From Laetmonice hystrix (lineage: Eukaryota): a DNA stretch of 64,000 bases. Location: the NCBI GenBank assembly GCA_965235115.1, contig OZ249440.1, forward strand, positions 18,352,001 through 18,416,000. Direction: 5' to 3'. A model generated the notes under the pieces. The model made no database searches, was not told the origin of the DNA, and saw only the letters and a list, made by a program, of their open reading frames with translations. Positions 1-10,200 of the stretch are shown in pieces (positions within the stretch are counted from its first letter, which is position 1; every line of letters begins with the position of its first letter). A program made the position numbers and the translations under genes.

Positions 1-1250
1 TTTCATCACCTTTTAATGTGGCGATACAGAGGCGAATCCAGGAACCTGAACGGTACGCTGGGAAAAGAGTCCGACCAAATCGGTAAAGGAATACCTAGCC
101 GAGGGTTACCCTCAATTAAGTTGTAACATAAATGTTTAATATCGGTTGTGTTTATAAGCGCAGACAAACAAATACATGTTTTGAGGGCATCCCCTGCGGT
201 GGTTCTATTATTAGGTACGAACACTGAATAATTCTCATCCACTGAGCAGTGCTGTTTTAACTTTAGCCTTTAGGACGCATAAAATAATCTTTTATCATGC
301 ATGTGTAGAGAACGGGAACTTATAGGTACGACAAATATGTTTTTCTTTATGCATCTATTTTTGTTTTTCTTGGTATCAAAAATGAAGATATAACGTGCAG
401 AAGGAGTTAAATATGGTTCACACTTCAGATAAATTGCTGTATCATTTAACATGTTTTCGCACCATTTGGGAAACCCGATTTATTTTTATCAGCCAAGAGC
501 AGCTCTTCGGTTTCAAGACCATCCCAGTGACGCCCCAGGAGTCTTAGTCAAACCATAAATATGATTTAGTACAATCCTGACCATCGTTTAATCGTATTTT
601 GTTCGCTCGTTCTTCAAACTGAGCGATGGAAAGTGACGGATCTCGACAGGACTGTGACCGATCTGGTTAATATTCATGTCTAGGCGAGGGACAGGTTGTC
701 AGTTGTAACCTCTGCTGGCTGGCAATGGATGCCAATTTAAAGACTTCAATAGTGGCCCGAGGCGTTTGTCATCAGGTACCTTCGATACGTGCATGTCGGG
801 CCGTGCTGTGACTGTCAGCACATACCGAACACTTTGAAGTCAATTAACAGTTATCCGCCGCCAACTCGCACCTACTGTCAACTAACTGCCACCGACACCG
901 TTATAGTCGTACTCTAGAGTCATATATCACTCAAGGCGACCCCTCCTACACCATTATACTTATCCAAAAGTTATTTCATGGCTGTGTCTGTCATTCTCTT
1001 CCGATAAATTTCATGTGGTCACGTATATCTTGATTTTAGTGTTCTTTTATACAGAAATTGCGACTGTCGGGATGTGGTGTTCAAGTAGATCTATTTGAAA
1101 CGATGATGTCCAGAAACACAATGAGAAAATGACCGATATATAACCAACTCAAAACTTTTTGGGGGGCTGGGGTGGAAGTTGGGGGGGGGGGTAAAAATGG
1201 CCACATTTTTGGGGGATTTTAAAACATTTCTAAATACACCATCACATTAC

Positions 1251-4200
1251 CTTTTTCGTCCATAGATGTCATGGAGATGGCCGTTCTGGTGAGGTCGTGA
1301 TCTATAAACTGTCCCCATATCATGAGGAGGAGGGTGTGTAGTTTACTCGGTCGGTCAACGTCAGCGAAGATGTGCAGACTGACATGGCGAGGTCCCGGCA
1401 GTGGTCCACCCAGCACAGAGTGACGCATACTGTCTATACCTGTACACATCAATGTCACCTTTACCGTCAAAACTCGCAATACTATTGTCATTATCAGAGC
1501 TAGTCAGTTCGGCTGGCCTATATACATGCCAGAAATGTCACAGGAAATGAGATGGGCGAATTGGCTTGTTGGCCTTTTCTTGTGCGACAAATGGAGCAAA
1601 CCTTACACGGTCGATACAAGGCGCCGGAAGGCAAACCTTACACGGTCGATACAAGGCGCCGGAAGGCAAACCTTACACGGTCGATACAAGGCGCCGGAAG
1701 GCAAACCTTACACGGTCGATACAAGGCGCCGGAAGAACAGGAGGAGGACGAGAAGATGGTGGTGAAGGAGGGAGAAAGGGGAGGAAGTTAAGGAGGTGGA
1801 AAAGGAGGGGGAGGAATTGAAGTGTTGGTATTACACTTACCGTCACCATACACGGCTGGTACAAGGCGCCGGTGGAGGAGGACGAGAAGATGGAGGAATA
1901 GGAGGAGGAGGAGGAGGAGGGGGAGGAGGAGGAGAAGGAGGGAGACGAGGAAGAATCGAAGTGTTGGTATTACACTTACCGTCACCATACACGGCTGGTA
2001 CAAGTCGCCGGTGGAGGAGGACGAGAAGATGGAGAAATAGGTTGTGGAGGAGGAGGAGGAGGATAAGGAGAAGGAGGAAGAGGAGGAAGAATCGAGGTGT
2101 TGGTATTACACTTACCGTCACCATACACGGCTGGTACAAGTCGCCGGTGGAGGAGGACGAGAAGATGGAGGAATAGGAGGAGGAGGAGGAGGAGGAGGAG
2201 GGGAGGAGGAGGAGGATAAGGAGAAGGAGGAAGAGTCGAAGTGTTGGTATTACACTTACCGTCACCATACACGGCTGGTACAAGCCGCCGGTGGAGGAGC
2301 ACAAGAAGATGGAGGAATAGGAGGAGGAGAAGGAGAAGGAGGAAGAGGAGGAAGAATCGAAGTGTTGTTATTACACTTACCGTCACCATACACGGCTGGT
2401 ACAAGGCGCCGGTGTGGCGTCATAGAACGACCCCACAAAGGTTCCACCAAGTTGTTACAGCTGCCGTCGATGGTCCGGTATCTGCCACAAGAATCCGATG
2501 TAAGCGATACCGGAAATCGTCTCATTCGGGTTGGGTGGAGTTAGTGGGTTGTATCATAGTATTATTGAGCTTTACGTAAGAATATAACTTGATTTTAAAA
2601 GTTCTTTTTTAAAAGGGTGTGCTAAGTACCTGTGACTATGCCGCCAGGCATAGATTGCTGAATTGATTGGTGCTCTTAATTTGATGCGCAGCCAAGAACT
2701 GGCTAAAACACCAAAGTTTTTTTTAACGAAATCGTCTCATTCGGGTTGGGTGGAGTTAGTGGGTTGTATCATAGTATTATTGAGCTTTACGTAAGAATAT
2801 AACTTGATTTTAAAAGTTCTTTTTTAAAAGGGTGTGCTAAGTACCTGTGACTATGCCGCCAGGCATAGATTGCTGAATTGATTGGTGCTCTTAATTTGAT
2901 GCGCAGCCAAGAACTGGCTAAAACACCAAAGTTTTTTTTAACAAGGTCGCGTAGCTGAATCGGCCTTTTCATCAATTATGTCAATCTATAATGCAGTCAT
3001 GTTTCACATTTCACAATAACTTTTTTTTTATAAGATTTGTTTTTTAGTCAAGGTTATTTGCTACGATTAATTATTTCAGATTTCATTGATAGTTAAACAT
3101 TTTACTAAAGTAACGAAGAGCTTGTGTTAATATCTCTGCATACAGCTGATATTATCATCAAATATAAGGTTTAACTGACATCACAACAAGTCATGACTTC
3201 TTGATGCTCAGGGAAACGCGGAGTTCTAAATATTTCTTGTAAATGATAGATTTTTCTGAAATACTTTTTTTGTTAATCGTAAGGGCGAGTAACGTTCTTT
3301 ACGAGGGCAGGTTTACAACGGAACCGTTTTCAAGCCGAGCGTCCTGTAGAGGTGGCAGCTCAGTATTAATTACAAACCCAGGAATGTGCTAAATGTCAGA
3401 TACAATGTCGTGATATGCTTGCATCCAATGGTCTATAGAAATGCTGACAACTCTGACACACGAAGACATCGAGCTGCCATGTGCACGAGTTAATTGTCAT
3501 TTCGGTTATTAACGATTCCGTTGACTTCCACGACACAGTTTACGTTTTATTTCGTTGACATATGTTTTATCTTTTATTTTCAATATCTAGCATAGAGCAA
3601 GGCTTGGGGGAAAATTGTAATAACCAGCTGAAGTCTTATGAATGGAGGGGACCCTGAAGCATACACATTGGCTATGGATGATACGTACCAATGATGACTA
3701 TAATCAGACTATTACAGATGGGTTGGGACAGAAATAAGTGTCGAAATACCCATGGTACTTACCTCCGATGGCTGTCACAGATGTAGTGGGTTGGGTATGG
3801 ACAGAAGTCAATATCGGAGGAAACCTATGGTACATACTTGTGATGGCTGTCACAGATGTAGTGGGTTGGGTATGGGCAGAAGTCAATATCGGAGGAAACC
3901 TATGGTACTTACCTCCGATGGCTGTCACAGATGTAGTGGGTTGGGTATGGGCAGAAGTCAATATCGGAGGAAACCTATGGTACATAGGCCTACTTGTGAT
4001 GGCTGCCACAGATGTAGTGGGTTGGGTATGGGCAGAAGTCAATATCGGAGGAAACCTATGGTACTTACCTCCGATGGCTGTCACAGATGTAGTGGGTTGG
4101 GTATGGACAGAAGTCAATATCGGAGGAAACCTATGGTACATACTTGTGATGGCTGTCACAGATGTAGTGGGTTGGGTATGGACAGAAGTCAATATCGGAG

Positions 4201-7200
4201 GAAACCTATGGTACATACTTGTGATGGCTGTCACAGATGTAGTGGGTTGGGTATGGACAGAAGTCAATATCGGAGGAAACCTATGGTACATAGGCCTACT
4301 TGTGATGGCTGTCACAGATGTAGTGGGTTGGGTATGGACAGAAGTCGATATCGGAGGAAACCTATGGTACATACTTGTGATGGCTGTCACAGATGTAGTG
4401 GGTTGGGTATGGACAGAAGTCAATATCGGAGGAAACCTATGGTACTTACCTCCGATGGCTGTCACAGATGTAGTGGGTTGGGTATGGACAGAAGTCAATT
4501 TCGGAGGAAACCTATGGTACATACTTGTGATGGCTGTCACAGATGTAGTGGGTTGGGTATGGACAGAAGTCAATATCGGAGGAAACCTTTGGTACATACT
4601 TGTGATGGCTGTCACAGATGTAGTGGGTTGGGTATGGACAGAAGTCAATATCGGAGGAAACCTATGGTACATACTTGTGATGGCTGTCACAGATGTAGTG
4701 GGTTGGGTATGGACAGAAGTCGATTTCGGAAGGAACCTCCATCCGAGTATCAGGAATTCCAGGTTTCAACATCGGTCGCAAGGATAAATGACTGGGAGGA
4801 TGTCCGCGGTACCTGCATTCAATAGATTTTAAATACTCATGTTCAAAAGGACAGGAATAAATAGCGCACGCTATTGTTGGTGAATGAGACAAGGTTACGG
4901 CAAGGGCACCACCAACATTGGCTATCATACAAAACGGCAATCACCAGGTTAATAGTTTAAATGTGTATATGGCGAATCCGTTTAACATGGCAGATATTTT
5001 ATATCGATCTCGTCTAATTATTGAGTAGTTAATCTCCAGAATATACGTATCACTGTTAATTTTAATTGTCGAGTTAATCACCAAGCGGAAATAATAATGG
5101 CCATTCCTTACGTTATTATGCTATAAATTAACCATGCAGTGCTAAATATAGACAAACCGTGTCCGATCTAAAGGTCGCCAAGCAAAATACTACTTCTTGC
5201 CTACTTCTTTCTCCCTAACCTTTATAGTAATTTACAAAAACGGCACATTTCCTTCCCCTTTTTTCTTTAATTGGCAATATTTATTTAATTTTTCCCACCT
5301 CAACCATTAAGTGACTGTTAAAGATATTATTAATTATCAGGACTTCCTCCCGAAGGCGTGCCAATCACGCAGAACTTGTACAATGCCTCACCTCTCTTTT
5401 AGAATTCTTGTGGCTTGGAGAATTGTCGCCCCAGCGTACGACAAGTACTTGGCGTACGGCTTGGCATACAAGAAGGCCGACACGTAACGATACGGCGCCG
5501 AATCAATAACATCTGTAAAAAGAACATTAATGGTGTAGGCGTGGCCATGTTCACTGCAAGGTTTGATAGCCGGATTATGAAATCCAAGTCCATAGCATAC
5601 TCTAGATAACTAAAGTTACTTTATCTCTTATACGTAATATTATACTGGACATGATGGATGACCCGGTACGTATCTATAAGGGACTTACTGTATCAATGAT
5701 ATGATACATTACGTCATTCTCCGTACAAGTACCCTCCATTATAACTGGTACCTCCCTCAAGGTCAGTACCACCTCTGAGAGTTGGTTGTACTTACTGTGC
5801 ATCTTCCGGGCCACGCCAGCTTCAATTCGTATCCGCTGATAAACGATGTTAACTGCACGCCTCAACGTGCCATGACCTCCACCTTCGAAATCAAAATAAT
5901 TAAACTAATTCAAAATGTCAAACGTAGCTAGCAAGTTTTTGTTTTATCTATTGATTAAATCTTTTGTAAATTCACCTGTTTAACAGTATTTCTTTCCGTA
6001 TCCTTAATTATCTAAATATCTACTCATACTGTAAATTGTCCTGCCTAAATATCTACTTATGCTGTAAAATGTCCTGACAAAATATCTACTCATGCTGTAA
6101 AATGTACTGCCTAAATATCTACTTATGCTGTAAAATGTCCTGACAAAATATCTACTCATGCTGTAAAATGTACTGCCTAAATATCTACTTATGCTGTAAA
6201 AATGTACTGCCTGAATATCTACGTATGCTGTAAAATGTACTGCCTAAATGCTGTAAAACGTACTGCCTAAATATCTACTGATGCTGTAAAACGTACTGAC
6301 CTGACCTGCGTCCATGTCCGTGTCCCGATCGGAAGGAGAAGGGTTCCCCATGATCGTGATGAGAGTTGAAAACTTTCGGAATCCTATTATCATGAAATCC
6401 GTATATGGTTTCAACATATTCATGATCGTGCAGAGCCTTCGGACCAAAGAAATCAGACACAATTCTTTTGGATTCGCTGGAAGGACCGGTCATCATCTCT
6501 TCTGTGAAAGTGAATACATCAATGTCTGCACTCTTTTTGGATCGACTGAGAGAATTCGTTCTTCGGTCTCCAAAGGGATCATATTGAAAGCTTTTCTTTG
6601 ATTTTGCGTGGCCTTTCTCTTTCTTGGCTTTCTTTCTCAGGTTATTGCTATGATGTTCATAGGGTCTGTCGCTAAGTGTCGTCCCTGATGGTACTGTTCC
6701 ATGATGTACGTGGTACACGTCTTGATGTACGTCTCTGTGTATACTTCTACGTGACCGACCGGAACGACCTCTAGCGGGTGATTTCACTTGGTCTGCACCA
6801 GGAGTATGCGCGGTGTCCTTCGTAACTTTCTCAGAATCTCCGTCATCACTCGGCTTTTGGTCACTGGCCACGCGATTGTCAGTGAAGTCATACTGCACCT
6901 CGCCATTATCGTCTAGACCGACATTTTTAACGCCCCCAAAACCACTGACTCCGCCACTGCCTCCAAATCCAGAGAATCCCATACTATCTCCAGAAAATAA
7001 CGGGCCCGTCAGATGTTTGGGAAGAAACGTATACGGGAAGTTGTCAAAGTCAGGTGGTTTCCGGCCGTGATGTTCGTGGTGTCCATCTTTTTTAGGCTCA
7101 TCTTTCTTGTCTTTGCGATCCTTACGTTTCTTTTGGCCACCTCCATTTTTACCGTGTCCACGGGGAGCCTGTCCTCGCTGGTAGTAAGGGTCTCTTTTAG

Positions 7201-10200
7201 TATTCTGCCGACGTTTTCCGTCTCTTGATTGGTCGTATGAATCTCGGTCTTGTTTCTGTGAGTTCCTGTTGTACGCCTGACGATCAGATCCCTGACTGTA
7301 ACCTCCCTGGTTGTAGTCTCGACTGTCATGATAATCGTTTCTGTCAGTGTCGTACTCTTGTCTACCTCTGTGGTCCACCCTTGTGTTGGTGTCCCGATGG
7401 CTGTACCTTTGGGGTTGATAATCACCATGCTCTCCACTCGACGGGTGGTAGCTCTCATGTCTACTGCTTGCAGACTCCTGATGATGAGAGTGTTGTGGTC
7501 GGGCTGAGTAATCATTAGTATAACCTCTGGAATAAACTGGACTGTGGGAAGTCTTGCCGGAGTTCAATCTACCTGAATACTCCTCTTCGATGTGGGGATG
7601 GCGTTTTCTATTATCGTGGTAGTGGCCAGATGAAAGCTGCAGCCCCGCATCAACATAGTTGTTACTGTTGTCAGGGGTTACTCGATCATGATAGCGGTAA
7701 GCCTCTTTTTGGGAGGTATAACGTTCTGGTACGTAATCCTGTTCGTACGCCATCTTTGTCACTTGCCAAGGGTCCTTTGATTTCTTTGAGTGTGTGGAAT
7801 ATGGATGTGTCGACTGAGAGGATGGCTGGTACTTATCCCCCTGGTGGTGGCTGCTTGTACGAGGTTTTGTGTACACTTCCTCGTTTTGGCGGTAAACAGA
7901 GTGTACCGGACTTTGGTTGACATGGTTTCCTTGGTATGTCTGCCTTTCTCGTGGACTTTGGTTCTGACCTCTTGTATAGTACAAGTGAGCGGCGTACGTT
8001 TGCGGTTTGTCTGAAGAGTGTATAGAATAGACATCTCTGGTGCTGCGCTTTCTTCGACTTTTTGTCACGGTTTTAGCACTATTACCTTTAGAATGTCTTG
8101 TTTGGTCACGATGACTAATTTTGTCACTTATTGATTGCGTTTTGCCTGTCTCAACTTTAGAAGGACTAGCGACACGATGGTCGGTGAAGTCATACTGCAC
8201 CTCGCCATTATCGTCCAGACCGACATTTTTAACGCCCCCAAAACCACTGACTCCGCCACTGCCTCCAAATCCAGAGAATCCCATACTATCTCCAGAAAAC
8301 AACGGGCCCGTCAGATGTTTGGGAAGAAACGTATACGGGAAGTTGTCAAAGTCGGGTGGTTTCCGACCGTGGTGTTCGTGGTGTCCATCTTTTTTAGGCT
8401 CATCTTTCTTGTCTTTGCGATCCTTACGTTTCTTTTGGCCACCTCCATTTTTACCGTCTCCACGGGGAGCCTGTCCTCGCTGGTAGTAAGGGTCTCTTTT
8501 AGTATTCTGCCGACGTTTTCTGTCTCTTGATTGGTCGTATGAATCTCGGTCTTGTTTCTGTGAGTTCCTGTTGTACGCCTGACGATCAGATCCCTGACTG
8601 TGACCTCCCTGGTTGTAGTCTCGACTGTCATGATAATCGTTTCTGTCAGTGTCGTACTCCTGTCTACCTCTGTGGTCCACCCTTCTGTTGGTGTCCCCAT
8701 GGCTGTACCTCTGGGGTTGATAATCACCATGCTCTCCACTCGACGGGTGGTAGCTCTCATGTCTATTGCTTGCAGACTCCTGATGATGGGAGTGTTGTGG
8801 TCGGGCTGAGTAATCATTAGTATAACCTTCACTGGAATAGACTGGACTGTGGGACGTCTTGCCGGAGTTCAAGCTATACTCTTGGGGTTGATAATCGTGG
8901 TATTCCCTCCTGGCCCGCTGGTAGCTCTCCTGTCTATTGGTTGCATATTGCTGACGTTGAGCATTGTTGTTGTAACCTCCACTTGCATAGACTGGACTCT
9001 CGAAACTCTTTCCAGAATAGGCCTCTTGATAGCGTGGAAAGTGCCCACGGCTATCGTGGTATTGACTTTCTGGATATGCCTTTGTGTGTTGTGGACTTTG
9101 GTTCTTGGTATTTGTATAATAGAAATGATCAGCATAGGTTTTTGGCTTTGCTGAGGAGTGTGAATAGGGATTGGCGTAGCTCCTCGCACTTCGCCTTCTG
9201 CGTCTCCCTGTGAAAGTATAAGAATCTGTATCATTTGTTTTTACAGGGACAGTCTGAAGAAGACTAGCTTGGCGATTGTCGGTAAAATCGTATTGCACCT
9301 CTCCATCATTGCTGCCATGACGTTTACCTAAACCTGAAACTCCAGCATTGTCACCGGAATACAGAGGTTCAGTAAAATGATCAGATTGGGAACTGTATGG
9401 GGGACGATAAAAGTGTGAACCATCTTGGAACGCACTTCTCTTACTACCTTCCTGTTTCTTTTGTACATAATTGAAACTAGAACGTTTGCCTTTTATGGAC
9501 GTCAGTTTTCTAAGTATTGCTCTTAAGAGTCCGATTTTCACGTCAGTGTTGCCGTCCGTATCATATCCGTCTCCACCCTCGGAATAATCCGAGTATGGGT
9601 CATTGTCCTTTGTATCCTGGTAAGTTTCCGAGTCGCTGTGGCCCCAAGAACCTCCCTTTGGTGAGGGATACGTAGTGGTTCGATGTGACCTCCCAAAGAA
9701 GGGAGACTGAGTCGTGGTTCTTGGTGCATACCCATGTTTAGCAGTCTGGCTTTCGCCGGATGGATATGTTGAATCTAAATATGGATAATAGTCTATGTCG
9801 TCGTCGAAGTCTGAGTACTTTTTAGAATGGCTTTCCTCGCCATTGTGAGGACCATCTATATCGTCTGCAGCGTACTTTTCGTCTGTATAGTCGGGATGGT
9901 TCAAATATGACGTGTCCGTGGTAGATTCTTGAGAGGGGAACCCGGAGTCGTAACTGTTCGGTTTTTGGTCATAATCCGCGTAGGACGCGGCAATATCGGC
10001 CGCCCGTAATTTCTCAAGGTCTTTGTCGGAAGCTCCGGACGTCGTCGACCGGCTGTCAGTGTAGTCAAAGTGGATCTGCCCAAGCATGTCACTGTCGAAT
10101 CCAGGGAAACTGCCCAATCCTTTGCGACCCTGAATTACAGGTTTAGTCAGGTGATTTGGTGGTAATATATCAAGGAATGCAGGCATATTGGATGAGGTAT

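Noticed and set aside
6-452. Minus-strand ORFs 6-242 and 270-452 as next peroxidase exons
   Set aside because: No peroxidase motifs (no Cys-rich or PIxIP segment); the region includes a MITE-like end (cagaggcgaatccagg). The remaining exons lie beyond the window.
1820-2420. Repeat-spacer-repeat layout resembling a CRISPR array
   Set aside because: The repeats are copies of a eukaryotic exon end plus GTAAGT donor, the spacers are low-complexity (GGA)n, and there are no cas genes.
1526-2579. Many overlapping Glu/Gly/Arg/Pro-rich ORFs on both strands
   Set aside because: They are products of (GGA)n/(TCC)n tracts in a peroxidase intron; only 2381-2481 (minus) is a real exon.
3704-4825. Three long repeat ORFs (349 aa Trp/Val-rich, 357 aa Cys-rich, 328 aa mucin-like)
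   Set aside because: They are open only because the 75/81-bp unit lacks stops in those frames. The unit demonstrably derives from a peroxidase exon-intron junction, and none has a signal peptide or independent gene structure.
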